Shown here piece by piece: positions 1 to 11,346 of a stretch of 64,000 nt of DNA. The stretch comes from a virus (taxonomy: Duplodnaviria; Caudoviricetes): the IMG/VR virus record IMGVR_UViG_3300015608_004971; one strand, 5' to 3'. The notes beneath the pieces were generated by a model. The model had not been told where the DNA came from and made no database searches. It saw only the letters and a list, made by a program, of their open reading frames with translations. Within the stretch, counting starts at the first letter, position 1, and each line of letters begins with the position of its first letter. A program made the position numbers and the translations under genes.

Positions 1-2
1 AA

Positions 3-2351
3 AACATAAGAACCTCACAAGGCGTTATATTTGAAGGTGGAAGCATCTATTCTCTAGAGGGTAATAATCTAAATAATGAATCTGCGCCAGTTTTTGAGGT
101 TGGCGAATTAAAGCTTGCTATAGGCGATAATGAAGATTATGCTTTAAAGCCTTATATTCAATACTTATCGCCAAGTACATTCATAAAATTTAATAACATT
201 ACTTATAATAGAAATGTAAATTCAATTTTAGAACAGACAGATAAGCGTCCATATTTTGATTCATATCAAGATTATGTTCGTGATATGAAAAAATATTCAC
301 AATATAGCATTATACCAGAATATAATGTTTCCGAAAATACTAGCTCTATCGATGGCAGAACAGATAGTACACTTCTTATCCAAAACAGTGGAACTATTTT
401 TGAATCAGAAAATTTTCACGATTATATAACAACAAATCAAATTGTAGCAAATAGTCCTGTCAAGGCGAAAATAAAAGCATCAGCAATTAAGAAGTTAAAT
501 CCATACAAAGGATTTTATCCATCAGACTACACAGCAATTCTTGCTGAGGCTTTTAGTTCATCGTATTGTGATAGTTTTAGTGGAACATATTGGGAGGCAG
601 ACGATAATATTATCTCCGCATCGGTTGTTGATGCATCGCCAATGACATCGAAAGATGTAGGCTATGTTGGCGCTTTAAAAAGTTTATTTGGATCTGGCAT
701 GATATTTAATTCTATAAAAGCAGGAATTGGATACGATCACTGGCTTCCAGCAATTGGAAACCTTGAGGAAGAAAATGATGCAAGTGTAACTTATTTTTTT
801 ATTTCTGGAAGCGAAAAAGGTAATTATGGTGTATATAATACATTAAATAAATATAAAAGATTAAACTTTAATAATATTATAACTGATTCTATTTTTAATA
901 AAAATTTAAGTTATTTTGAAAACGAATCGATGTGTGATTCACCACTTGTTGATTCTAGCATTAAATCAAAATTAATTCAATATTATTACATTAATAATCC
1001 TAAAAATAATACTTTTAGAAAAAAGATAAATAACTTTTTTTCTGAATGTGAGAATTTCTATCTTAATAAAAATAAAATTACTTCAAAAGAACAAAAATTC
1101 TTTACTTTTTCAATAAATTCATTATATTCAATGAATATAAAAGTTGGCAAAACAGATGATTATTTTAATATTCTTGGTCCATCAAGTAGTGTTGGAACTC
1201 ATCGTGGTTCTGTTTTTGGTGCACCACATATATTTGATTCTAGCGCAAGAAGACATATTGATGATAGTGTTACGCCCAATATTATTTCAACAACATTAAT
1301 AACTTGCTCAAATGGCGAAGCAATTAATGCGACAGATCCATCTTATTTACCATATACTCCAAGTTATTATTATAACAATACATCAATAACATTAAATTTT
1401 CAACCAGATAAAGAAAAATATACTCTAGATGAAATTTTTGCATCGTCATCTATAGATTTTAAAGATGATGGTTCATCTTATGATTCATGGTATCAAATAT
1501 ATTCATCTTCTTTTTATCAAATGCATATATCATCATCAGCAAATTTAAACAGAACACAAGTTACACATACTTTAGATATTTTTGAAAAAAGTTATTTACC
1601 TAAAGAAGGTAGTTTTGGAAATATAAAGACGCTTGACGCAAATGATTCTAACCCTTCCTGGGAGATAAAAACAAAATTTGAATCACCACTTCTTTATTTT
1701 GGTGAAAGTCAAAATTATCCAAGCGGTGGTGGAATGTGGATGGATTATGGAACTTATTCTGATACAGAGGGTGCATATGTTTCGATTTCAGATGTTAGCG
1801 GGGCTCTTTCATTTGCTGATGCAGTTGGTTTTAAAAAGAAAGATTATCGCGTTGGCGAACTTAAAGAGCAAAAAGAAATTGAGGAGTGTTTAATTCTTAT
1901 TCCTGTTGATAAGCTTGGCAATAAGCTGTTTTCATCAGATGAAAAAGATGAAAGAGAAAAAATGCTTGATAAATATGTATTTCCAAGTCATTTGGATTGG
2001 AAATTTAATAAAAAAATAAGACCATTTATATTTCATGCAATTGAGTTTTCAAGCATTCTATCGCGTGAAGACCTCGCAGATATTTGGCAGGGCTTAATGC
2101 CATCAATTTCATATAAGATGGAAGAAGACAATAAAGTTCTTGATATTGATTTAACAGAAATTGAAAAAGAACAAATAAAAATTGGTTTATCTTACATTGT
2201 CTTTAAAGTTAAAAAGAGAGCAAAATATGATTTCGCTAAGCATAAAAATGATGAAAAAGATGAAGTAAGATATAGTTATAATTGGCCATACGATTATTGT
2301 TCTCTTGTTGAGCTTTGTAAAATTGATATAGAAATCGAAGAGGAAATTTAA
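3..2351 (+). CDS. Large putative virion/baseplate-region protein, 5'-partial
   Basis: The frame of ORF 285..2351 is open back to position 3, so the gene starts before the window. Ser-rich; lies among putative structural genes. Confidence 0.6.
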   Translation, partial: NIRTSQGVIFEGGSIYSLEGNNLNNESAPVFEVGELKLAIGDNEDYALKPYIQYLSPSTFIKFNNITYNRNVNSILEQTDKRPYFDSYQDYVRDMKKYSQYSIIPEYNVSENTSSIDGRTDSTLLIQNSGTIFESENFHDYITTNQIVANSPVKAKIKASAIKKLNPYKGFYPSDYTAILAEAFSSSYCDSFSGTYWEADDNIISASVVDASPMTSKDVGYVGALKSLFGSGMIFNSIKAGIGYDHWLPAIGNLEEENDASVTYFFISGSEKGNYGVYNTLNKYKRLNFNNIITDSIFNKNLSYFENESMCDSPLVDSSIKSKLIQYYYINNPKNNTFRKKINNFFSECENFYLNKNKITSKEQKFFTFSINSLYSMNIKVGKTDDYFNILGPSSSVGTHRGSVFGAPHIFDSSARRHIDDSVTPNIISTTLITCSNGEAINATDPSYLPYTPSYYYNNTSITLNFQPDKEKYTLDEIFASSSIDFKDDGSSYDSWYQIYSSSFYQMHISSSANLNRTQVTHTLDIFEKSYLPKEGSFGNIKTLDANDSNPSWEIKTKFESPLLYFGESQNYPSGGGMWMDYGTYSDTEGAYVSISDVSGALSFADAVGFKKKDYRVGELKEQKEIEECLILIPVDKLGNKLFSSDEKDEREKMLDKYVFPSHLDWKFNKKIRPFIFHAIEFSSILSREDLADIWQGLMPSISYKMEEDNKVLDIDLTEIEKEQIKIGLSYIVFKVKKRAKYDFAKHKNDEKDEVRYSYNWPYDYCSLVELCKIDIEIEEEI

Positions 2352-3176
2352 ATGAGCTTTTTTGATAAAGAAGAAGTCTTTAATATAGTTCTAACTCCGC
2401 TTGGCAAGAAACAAGCAACACAAGGAGTCTTTGATCCTAAGTTTTATCAATTTTTTGATGACTCAGTTATATACAATCCAGAATCTTTTAAGGTTAATGA
2501 AACACAAAATGAAAGTGCTCAAAGAATAAAGGATATACAATTTTTAAAACCACAAAAATCTAAAAATGATGTTGGTAAAGAAAATATATCCATAGAAGAA
2601 AATGATAATAATTTATTATCTTATCCTCTTGGTATGGCCGATTTTGAAACTCAGCTTGCTCCATCTTGGAATGTATCATTTAATAAAGGTTTTATAGTAT
2701 CAATCGAAGAGGCAGAAGAAAGACGCGATAGAATACCGCAATTAAATACAGAAATAACATATAAATATATTTATTCAAATAATGGCTCATTTAAACCAAC
2801 AAACAATGACTCGGATGAAATTTTATTTCAAAAAGACTTAAACAATAATACAACATTATATATTTTAGAACAAAATAGAATCGATGTAGATATAAAAGAA
2901 GAAAATACAGTTTTTAATAAAATTAATTATGAAATTGAAACATATATTATAGAACAAAATATTGATAGTGAAGAATATCTTGTTCCAATTTTAACAAAAT
3001 ACGATCAAGAAGAGCAAGAAAAATTACTAAAATACTATTTTAGTGTTAGTGCCGATGGAAAAAGTTTAACTTTAGAAGAGGATGTACTTCAAGAACTATA
3101 TAAACGCTTTAAAGAAGAAGAAAATTCTATTTCTTTGATAGATACAAATTATGATGATGCAGAAAAACCATGCTAA
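2352..3176 (+). CDS. Putative baseplate/tail-collar protein; N-terminus paralogous to 8279..9196
   Basis: VLTPLGKKQATQGVFDPKFYQFFDDSVIY resembles VLTDAGRKRLAAGDGSFKIVKFACADDEIDY; starts immediately after the upstream stop (TAAATG). Confidence 0.55.
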   Translation: MSFFDKEEVFNIVLTPLGKKQATQGVFDPKFYQFFDDSVIYNPESFKVNETQNESAQRIKDIQFLKPQKSKNDVGKENISIEENDNNLLSYPLGMADFETQLAPSWNVSFNKGFIVSIEEAEERRDRIPQLNTEITYKYIYSNNGSFKPTNNDSDEILFQKDLNNNTTLYILEQNRIDVDIKEENTVFNKINYEIETYIIEQNIDSEEYLVPILTKYDQEEQEKLLKYYFSVSADGKSLTLEEDVLQELYKRFKEEENSISLIDTNYDDAEKPC

Positions 3177-5653
3177 AAATTACAACAAAAGATATTCTTG
3201 ATATTACAAATGAAAGCTTTTTAGATGTATCTATAGAAAAAGGTACACTAGAGACTATTGATAAAAGTTTATATTTAAATTTAACATTAAATATCGAGAA
3301 CAAAGATAAAGAATATTCAAAATATATGGAATATTTTGTTATATTAGCTGATGATGATTCTTTTTTAGAGGAATTTAATGATAATACGTTCAATCTAGTG
3401 GACGTAAAAAATAAAGTTTTTACAATTAAGCGCTTTTATTCAATTGAAAACTTTATAACATTAAAGGTTGACAACAATATAGAAAACTTAAGGTGTTTTA
3501 TTATACCAATTTTGAATATAGCTGATTTTCTTTTTGATAATAAATTGGATTATACAAATTTTGAATATGAGTATATAACAAACAATCAAATAATATCTGA
3601 TTTAATTATAGAAAATTCTAAATTATTATCTCAAACATATATTTTTTATGATAAAAAAGATAATATATATTTTGGTCCTGTTCTTAAAGAAGGAAATAGT
3701 TTTTATTCAAGTGAAAACGAAGAACTTACTTTTTCATTAGTTCCGAACAATAAATTTATTGATTATAGAATTTTTTCTAAAATTTCGCAAAAAGATAATT
3801 TTTTTGAATTAGAGACACCATTAAAAAATTTGGAAATTAATCAAATAAAAAAAAATTATATAAACAACCATGGTGTATCACAAAGCGATAAAGATATTTT
3901 TAATCATTATTTTTCTTTTAATTTTTTTGATTGCTTTAAAGAAAATATTTTATTAAAAAAAATAAACTATAATAATATTCCCTTTTCTTTAAAAATTTAT
4001 AAAAGAGATAATATGGAAAATATCTCCATTGGAATTATGCAAGAACAAACAGAATATGGGATAGAGTATCCAGCAAATAATAATTTTAGCTTATATTATT
4101 CGAATAATACACAAAATATCTCTGGTGAACAAAGATTTGTTTTTGATGAACTATTAAGTTCTTTTAAAGTCAATGATAGTTTTCTTTTTTGTTTAAAAAA
4201 TGAAAAAATTGATAAAGTTTATAATGATTCTTATTTTGTAAAATTTTCTTTTAAAGATCCAAGTTTAGATGAATTGCAAAATATTTTATATATTCTTGTT
4301 GACGAAAATAATAAATTAAAAAATATTTATAATTCATATATAAAAAATGATCAAAATATTGAACAAAAAATTATTTTGTCTTTGAATAAAATGGTGGACT
4401 TTTTTGATCAAATAGAAGATTTATCTAAAGAAGAGAAGGAATATTTAAGTAATAACTTATATACCGCTCTTTCTGTTTTTTATGGAACAGAAAAAACTTT
4501 TTTTGATGCCTTAACTTTCTTTAATTTAAAAATAGAATATTATAAAAAAATACTAAATAATACAAATCAAAAAACTAATGAATTAGAATTCTCTTTAAGG
4601 CTTGACGATATCAAGAACTTAGAAAATATATCCTTATTTTCTATTTTTGATAAAAATATCATGACTTTTGATGACATTATGAAACATAATCAAAAAATAA
4701 TAGAAAAAAATAAATTCAATAGTTTTGATTATTCATTAATAAAAGGAAAACAAACCTATAACACATCAGAACAAATCGAACAGCCAGAAAAAATAAATTC
4801 TTATGAATTAGTAAAAGTTTTTAATGGAAAAGAATATTTCCTTGATAAGGAAAGTTTTAATGAAATAAGATTTGCACAGCTATTATTTGAATTATTCTAT
4901 AATGATTCTTTACAGTATTTCTGTGATATTTCTACTTTGGAAAATTTAAAAAACTTTATAGAAAGCAAAATAAACTTAAATAAAAGTTTTACTGTTAATA
5001 AAGTTGATAATGATATATATAAAATCATATCTGGTGCATCTTTTATACAATCGCTAAATACAGACAAAAAAGCTGACGACTACAAGAAAAAGACATTTGA
5101 TTATATTTCATTATGTATAAACTTAATAATTGGTTATTTTACGCAAAGAAATAAAAAGTTAGATATAATAGATTTTCTATCAAATGATTCAAAAAATTCT
5201 ATATTTAAAAAATATAATATCGATGAAGAATATTTTAATAATCTACCATATCATTATAAATGTTTAATTTTTACAAATATTTTTACTAATGTTTTATTAA
5301 CTTTACATTATTATTTTATTTATAAAAATATATATTTTATTGAATTTTTTGACACTAAAGATAAGCAATGGAAGAAAATAGATTTCTTGACCCTAAAATC
5401 ATCAACATATATTTGTAGATTTTCAAAATATACAGATGAGTTTATAAATGAATATATTCATGATATAAATGAAATCAAAATAAATTTGTTGAATAAAGTA
5501 TTTATTATTGATAAAAAAACAGAAGTATCAAAATTTGTATCGGATGTTTCTTTGCAACAAATAAAACCAAGCTATAATAACAATAAAGTCACAACTAATA
5601 ATTTTCTTGACAAAGAAAAAGTAAATAAGATAAATAATGCCAAAAAGTTCTAA
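3170..5653 (+). CDS. Hypothetical protein (827 aa)
   Basis: Long ORF overlapping both neighbours; N/K/I/F-rich, no recognisable motif. Confidence 0.6.
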   Translation: MLKITTKDILDITNESFLDVSIEKGTLETIDKSLYLNLTLNIENKDKEYSKYMEYFVILADDDSFLEEFNDNTFNLVDVKNKVFTIKRFYSIENFITLKVDNNIENLRCFIIPILNIADFLFDNKLDYTNFEYEYITNNQIISDLIIENSKLLSQTYIFYDKKDNIYFGPVLKEGNSFYSSENEELTFSLVPNNKFIDYRIFSKISQKDNFFELETPLKNLEINQIKKNYINNHGVSQSDKDIFNHYFSFNFFDCFKENILLKKINYNNIPFSLKIYKRDNMENISIGIMQEQTEYGIEYPANNNFSLYYSNNTQNISGEQRFVFDELLSSFKVNDSFLFCLKNEKIDKVYNDSYFVKFSFKDPSLDELQNILYILVDENNKLKNIYNSYIKNDQNIEQKIILSLNKMVDFFDQIEDLSKEEKEYLSNNLYTALSVFYGTEKTFFDALTFFNLKIEYYKKILNNTNQKTNELEFSLRLDDIKNLENISLFSIFDKNIMTFDDIMKHNQKIIEKNKFNSFDYSLIKGKQTYNTSEQIEQPEKINSYELVKVFNGKEYFLDKESFNEIRFAQLLFELFYNDSLQYFCDISTLENLKNFIESKINLNKSFTVNKVDNDIYKIISGASFIQSLNTDKKADDYKKKTFDYISLCINLIIGYFTQRNKKLDIIDFLSNDSKNSIFKKYNIDEEYFNNLPYHYKCLIFTNIFTNVLLTLHYYFIYKNIYFIEFFDTKDKQWKKIDFLTLKSSTYICRFSKYTDEFINEYIHDINEIKINLLNKVFIIDKKTEVSKFVSDVSLQQIKPSYNNNKVTTNNFLDKEKVNKINNAKKF

Positions 5654-8228
5654 TAAAAATATTATAAGAAAAATAATATCAAATTCATCTGACGAATATA
5701 AGTCTTCTGATGAATTGCGTAGACAATTAAATTCATTAAAAATAAATGGCTCAAATAAGCCGGATGAACTTATAACAATTGATTCAATACAAAAAAAATA
5801 TTATAGTTTAATAGAACTCCCACAACAAAAATATGATAAAGATTTTTTAAATGTAAGTGATAATGATGAACTATCTTTTTTTAGAATATATTTTCATAAA
5901 CCATTAGATAATAAAATTATCGATAATTTTATTGAGAAAATTAAGCAGCAGTATTTTTATGGCTTTAAACAAGGCTCACAAAAACAAGAAGATTTCTCAA
6001 CGACAGTACACCCGTCAGATGTGGACACAAATTCAGTATATAATTTTTTTGATAGTGGATGGGAAAATGCAGCAGAAACTCTTGCTAATTCAAATTTAGA
6101 AAATGCAGTTTATAGCTATTCTTATGAAAATTATTTAGAACAAGAAGCAGTACAAAACCTTATTTCTTTTATTCTCATTTCATACTCTTATGAACAAGCA
6201 GATGAAATAATAAATAATCTTCCTGCTAGCGAAGAAATAAGAAGCAGAATAAAACAACTGTATTATAATAATCGAGTTAAATCTACATTAGAAAAACAAC
6301 AAAGTTTAAATATTATTAGCAATATTGCTAATAATAAAGAAATTTTTTTAAATTATAAAAATGATAGTTATTCAAATGTTCCATATGGAATTCAATCAAA
6401 TATTATATGTGAAAAAGAAATAGATCTTGGAATATATAAATTGTATAAAAAAACAATTAATGAAAAAAAAGCCTTTGATGAGCTTCTAATTTCATCAAAG
6501 GCTTTAGAAGCAGTTGTTTTTGAAAATGAAAATGAAATAAATACTAAAATTTATGAATCACAAAAAAATACAAATAGTGCATCATTTTTGTTAGGTAAAG
6601 AAGAAGTTAGTAGTGAATTATTCAAATTTATTAATAAAAATAAATTAAATAATTTAATTAATAAATTTGCAAGAAGTTATAAACAAATATTTAACGGTGA
6701 ACTTTGCTTTAGACAAAGAATTGGATTTATTGTATCAAAATATAAAAATAAAAAATTAATAAAAACTATATTTTTAGAAACAGAAGATGACTTAATTTAT
6801 TTTATGGATCAACAAGTTCCGTATTATTATAATTATACATATAAATTTGAACAATGTGAGCTTATTATTGGAAACAATTATGAATATTTTGATAGATTAT
6901 TCCCGATAATCACATCATTAACAGAAATACAAAAACTTCAGCTTCAAAAAATTAAACAATTAATATCTATTTCTTATTTAATAGAACAAAATTTATTATA
7001 TAAATATAAAACAAATTTTGCGATAGATCTTCAAAAAATTAATCAATTTATTTCTACAAATGAATTTAAAGGACTTTATAATTATAATAATATAAATTTT
7101 GCAGTATCTAACAAGCAACTTGTAGAAGTATCAGATTATTCTTCTTTAGATAAAGAAAAGATGTCAAATTTAACGCAAACCCTCGGATCAGATGCTTTAA
7201 ATGACCCTAAAGGTCTAAGTGGAACAAAAATTTATAATGATTTGATAAAAGATTACTTTTCTTCACAACAAGCTGGAATTCTTTCTTATAAATTATGGGA
7301 TGGTTCTGGCGATGGAAACCGTCTTTTTGATATAGATAAAATAAAACTAAATATAACAGAAGAAGTGTTTAACAATTGGAAAATTTTAGAAGAAGGCAAG
7401 ACAGAAACTCAATTTCTTGCACAAAATGATTCATTTGGTTTATTTAAAAATGAAGATTATTATCCACGTTTATATAATAATCATATTGACTTTTGCGTTA
7501 AAAATACAAAAGTATTAAAACTCATTAAACATGAAATTTTTAAAGCAGAAGAAATATTAGTTCAATCAAAGCCGCCTTTAGCGCCATCAATAGATTTGAT
7601 TGGTTTTAAGGATATTAATAATAAAATTAAATTTAATTTCATTCATAATTCTGGCGAATTAAAGGAAACAAGTATAGAATTAAATTATGAGCCATATATG
7701 AATGTGGCACAATTTAGAGAAAAAGATGATAATGGACTTGTTTCTTTCAGTAACGATGAGGCCATTAAAAATATTTTAATTTTTAAAACAGATAAAGAGC
7801 CATCATCATATAAAGATTTTAATTTTTATCAAATACAAGATAATATTCTTGGTTCTTTTAATGAATATATTGAGCCAAATAAAAAATATTGGTATACATT
7901 TGTTGCGCAAGATAATCATGGCTTATATTCTAACCCATCGATAATTTATCAAGTTGAAATTTTAAGCCAAGAAAAACTTTGTTATGTTGTCTCTTCTTTA
8001 TTTTCTTTTAAAAAGAAAGAAGCATTAAATACTTTTTATATAAAAAATAATTTAAAAATAACACCAAACTATAAACATATAATACCATTAGATGATAAAG
8101 ATTTACAAAGTTTAATTTTAAAAAATGGAAATATTTTTACTAAAATATTTAAATTTAGAGTTAGATCTTTATCAACCAATAAAATTATTGATATTAACGT
8201 AGATGTTAATAAAGAGTTGCAAAAATAA
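5637..8228 (+). CDS. Hypothetical protein (863 aa), possible C-terminal FN3-like domain
   Basis: Long ORF; C-terminal PPLAP...IEPNKKYWYTFVAQDNHGLYSNPS resembles FN3-type strands. Confidence 0.6.
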   Translation: MPKSSNKNIIRKIISNSSDEYKSSDELRRQLNSLKINGSNKPDELITIDSIQKKYYSLIELPQQKYDKDFLNVSDNDELSFFRIYFHKPLDNKIIDNFIEKIKQQYFYGFKQGSQKQEDFSTTVHPSDVDTNSVYNFFDSGWENAAETLANSNLENAVYSYSYENYLEQEAVQNLISFILISYSYEQADEIINNLPASEEIRSRIKQLYYNNRVKSTLEKQQSLNIISNIANNKEIFLNYKNDSYSNVPYGIQSNIICEKEIDLGIYKLYKKTINEKKAFDELLISSKALEAVVFENENEINTKIYESQKNTNSASFLLGKEEVSSELFKFINKNKLNNLINKFARSYKQIFNGELCFRQRIGFIVSKYKNKKLIKTIFLETEDDLIYFMDQQVPYYYNYTYKFEQCELIIGNNYEYFDRLFPIITSLTEIQKLQLQKIKQLISISYLIEQNLLYKYKTNFAIDLQKINQFISTNEFKGLYNYNNINFAVSNKQLVEVSDYSSLDKEKMSNLTQTLGSDALNDPKGLSGTKIYNDLIKDYFSSQQAGILSYKLWDGSGDGNRLFDIDKIKLNITEEVFNNWKILEEGKTETQFLAQNDSFGLFKNEDYYPRLYNNHIDFCVKNTKVLKLIKHEIFKAEEILVQSKPPLAPSIDLIGFKDINNKIKFNFIHNSGELKETSIELNYEPYMNVAQFREKDDNGLVSFSNDEAIKNILIFKTDKEPSSYKDFNFYQIQDNILGSFNEYIEPNKKYWYTFVAQDNHGLYSNPSIIYQVEILSQEKLCYVVSSLFSFKKKEALNTFYIKNNLKITPNYKHIIPLDDKDLQSLILKNGNIFTKIFKFRVRSLSTNKIIDINVDVNKELQK

Positions 8229-8240
8229 AACCTATAAAAA

Positions 8241-8247
8241 CTATTTA
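8241..8247 (+). promoter_or_regulatory. Candidate late promoter motif CTATTTA
   Basis: In the intergenic gap 38 nt before ATG 8279; recurs before other structural genes. Confidence 0.5.
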
Positions 8248-8278
8248 TAACTGATTTATACTACTCGGAGAAAATAAT

Positions 8279-9196
8279 ATGGCATTTTTAGATAATAGCG
8301 GAGATATAATTTTAGACGCAGTTTTGACTGATGCGGGCCGAAAAAGATTAGCTGCTGGCGACGGAAGCTTTAAAATTGTCAAATTTGCTTGTGCCGATGA
8401 TGAAATTGATTATAATCTTTATGATAAAACAAATTCAAGCGGCTCAGCCTATTATGATCTAGAATTGCTTCAAACACCAATTTTAGAAGCATTTACAAAT
8501 AATCAAATTGCCTTAAAAAATAAATTAATATCTTATGTAAAACAAGATTTACTATATTTGCCAGTCGTTAAAATGAATTTTAATAAGGGCTGTGGTTCGG
8601 CTGGTGGTCTTTATTTGACTGTTGACTCAAGAACAGAGGGACTAGACGGCTCAAGTACTGTTGATTTAAATTCACAACTATATTTAAGAGGTTTTAAGCC
8701 AGAACAATCTTTAAAACCAATATGGGTAGATCAAGGATTAGATACAACAGAGCTTGATTCTAGCATAACACTACAAGATTTTTCTGCAGATTTAGTAGAA
8801 AACAAATATATAATTGAAATGGATAATAGATTTTGCAAATTAACAACACCAGATGCAAAATCTACACAAATTTCTCCAAACTATATTGATGATGATAGTA
8901 TAGCGAGTTATTATGTGACATTAGCAGATCAAGATAAAGGTTTTGTGGTGTTATCTCAAGCTCAAAATCAAACAGATCCGAGCGAAGTGATTTCTGGCCC
9001 AAAAGGAACATCTTTAAAGTTTAAATTAAAGGCTTCACCAGATGTTCAGCAAAGTACATATCTATTTACAACTTTAGGAAGTGAAGAAACAATAGATGGA
9101 ATAAATTTCTATAAGATAGAAACAGTAGTTAGAGTTGTAGGTGTTGAAACCGGCTGCTCTATAGACATACCAGTAACATTAATCAAGAAGGTTTAA
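8279..9196 (+). CDS. Putative virion structural protein (baseplate/tail-collar-like)
   Basis: GGAG RBS; LTDAGRKRLAAG N-terminus resembles tail-collar fibre (DUF3751-like) N-termini. Confidence 0.6.
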   Translation: MAFLDNSGDIILDAVLTDAGRKRLAAGDGSFKIVKFACADDEIDYNLYDKTNSSGSAYYDLELLQTPILEAFTNNQIALKNKLISYVKQDLLYLPVVKMNFNKGCGSAGGLYLTVDSRTEGLDGSSTVDLNSQLYLRGFKPEQSLKPIWVDQGLDTTELDSSITLQDFSADLVENKYIIEMDNRFCKLTTPDAKSTQISPNYIDDDSIASYYVTLADQDKGFVVLSQAQNQTDPSEVISGPKGTSLKFKLKASPDVQQSTYLFTTLGSEETIDGINFYKIETVVRVVGVETGCSIDIPVTLIKKV

Positions 9197-9199
9197 AAA

Positions 9200-10294
9200 A
9201 TGGCATTTACATTTAAAAATATTTTACCAACAGATATCTCTTATCAAACTGAACCTGTTTTTGAGGCAATACCAATTACTGGTACTCTGATGTCTGGTGC
9301 ATTTCCTAGCGATACAAATATAAAATCATATACCCATGGCTTTTTTCAAAGTGTATATGACTATACTTATACACAGGCATCGGCAAATCATCTTCTTGAT
9401 ATTACATTCGGTATGTGTTCTGGATCAAGCGCCTTTAGTAATACATCGTCTGTTGATTATGACAAAAAAGTACAATTATATAATCAAATGGCACAAGTTC
9501 TTTGTGGTTACGATCTGCAAAATCAAATAAGATTATTTGATTTAAGCGGCTCTCTTTCAACAGATTCAAGTGCAGTGAAATTAAGAAATCTGGCTTTTCT
9601 TAATTTTTCAAGATTGTTATCAAAAGATGGAATCAAGAAAGGTACATTCAATTTAGATTTTTATTTTAGTGGCTCTGTTTCTGCAAGAGACGATTTAGTT
9701 AGAATAAGTGATTATGGCGCAGCAACCTCCTATAAGGTAAACTCGCCAGCCGGTGAATATGCAACATTATACGCAAATAAAATTGCGGGACCAGAAACAA
9801 CAAATTATCCAGTTGGACTTATCTTCTATCAAGCAGGAGTTGTTGCTTTAAATTATTCAACAGCATCAGTTGCATCTGTAACTTCTAGCTCTTTTGATAT
9901 ATTTGGTGGCGGATTGGGCTTGGGCTATAAAAGTTTTCCAAGCGGAAGCTTAACTGCTGCAAATATGATTGTCTCTGGCTCAATAGATCAAATCGCAACA
10001 TCTATTAGGCGAAGAGTGCACAACCTGACCTTCAATAATACTGTTGAGATTAATAGTACATTTTATTTATGTTCTTTAGGATATAATGATTTTAATTATA
10101 GCTCAAATCCGACATATATTTCTGGAAGCAAGATTGTTACCAAAAACTTTGCAAAAGAGCAGCCAGTCTCTTATATAACAACGATAGGATTATATTCGCC
10201 AGATAATGAGCTGCTTGCTGTTGCAAAACTCAGCGAGCCAATAAAGAAAACACCTTCGACGCCAGTTCAGATAAAAGTTCGAGTATCTTATTAA
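9200..10294 (+). CDS. Putative virion structural protein (baseplate/tail-collar-like)
   Basis: C-terminal YITTIGLYSPDNELLAVAKLSEPIKK motif; Ser/Gly-rich. Confidence 0.6.
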   Translation: MAFTFKNILPTDISYQTEPVFEAIPITGTLMSGAFPSDTNIKSYTHGFFQSVYDYTYTQASANHLLDITFGMCSGSSAFSNTSSVDYDKKVQLYNQMAQVLCGYDLQNQIRLFDLSGSLSTDSSAVKLRNLAFLNFSRLLSKDGIKKGTFNLDFYFSGSVSARDDLVRISDYGAATSYKVNSPAGEYATLYANKIAGPETTNYPVGLIFYQAGVVALNYSTASVASVTSSSFDIFGGGLGLGYKSFPSGSLTAANMIVSGSIDQIATSIRRRVHNLTFNNTVEINSTFYLCSLGYNDFNYSSNPTYISGSKIVTKNFAKEQPVSYITTIGLYSPDNELLAVAKLSEPIKKTPSTPVQIKVRVSY

Positions 10295-10299
10295 TATAA

Positions 10300-11325
10300 A
10301 TGAAAACATTTAATGAAAATGATATTTTTAGAAATCAAGTAACATTTTACCCAAAATATAAATGGGTTTCAAATGGATTTGATTCACAAGATTATTATTT
10401 TTTTGATGCACATGAAAGATATCTAAATTTAGATTCAAAATATGTTGATTTATATGAATTGGCAACAAATAGTTTAACATCAACTTATCAATATATTGTA
10501 AACAAAAAACAATATAAAACATATGCGGGCGTAGATTTATCAGAAGTTGCATATGGCCAAGAGATTACAGGCTCTTTATTGTTTACTTCTTCAATAAGTC
10601 GCGAATACATTCTGGAGAGTGGCTCTAGAAGACACATAAATGCCCTGAAAAATACGATAAATTACTATAGTAGGCTTTCCACCACTTTTAATTTTTCTAA
10701 TTTCTCAACGCAATCTCTTGTTGTATATTATATACCATCTATTTTTTATGGTAATTCTATACAAAGAAAGACTTTAGAAATACAATATACACAAATTACA
10801 GGCAGCAGAAATTTAGTAACTTTAAAGTGTGCTGATTTATACGGCAATGGTGAGCTAATAAATATAACAAGCTCTTTTTACGGAACAAGTTCTACTTATG
10901 TCGGAAATATTTTATATAACGAAGGTATTGTAATTCTAAATGATAGTAACTTTTTTTCACAGAGCGCTAATAGTGTTTCTTTAGAATATAATGGAACTGT
11001 TAAACAAAATCAATTAATTATATTTGCATCAGCAGATAAAAATGAATTTAATAATAGTAATAATCCAACTTATAAAGATACTTTATATAAAAGTCCGTTG
11101 TCATCATCAAATAAATATATTGAAGATCCAAAACAATTAATATATAATATTAATTCTTCATCATATTCAAATTATGATGAAGAGTATAAAAAAATCACAT
11201 ATATTTCATCTATTGGAATTTTTGATAAAGATAAAAATTTGATAGGCATAGCTAAACTTTCAAAACCTATTAAAAAAACACAAAACGATTCCTTTACTTT
11301 TAAATTGCGCTATGATATGCTCTAA
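10300..11325 (+). CDS. Putative virion structural protein, paralog of 9200..10294
   Basis: Shares FNxSxNPTY and YISSIGIFDKDKNLIGIAKLSKPIKK with the upstream gene. Confidence 0.6.
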   Translation: MKTFNENDIFRNQVTFYPKYKWVSNGFDSQDYYFFDAHERYLNLDSKYVDLYELATNSLTSTYQYIVNKKQYKTYAGVDLSEVAYGQEITGSLLFTSSISREYILESGSRRHINALKNTINYYSRLSTTFNFSNFSTQSLVVYYIPSIFYGNSIQRKTLEIQYTQITGSRNLVTLKCADLYGNGELINITSSFYGTSSTYVGNILYNEGIVILNDSNFFSQSANSVSLEYNGTVKQNQLIIFASADKNEFNNSNNPTYKDTLYKSPLSSSNKYIEDPKQLIYNINSSSYSNYDEEYKKITYISSIGIFDKDKNLIGIAKLSKPIKKTQNDSFTFKLRYDML

Positions 11326-11346
11326 TTTGATAATAAGGAGCAGCTA

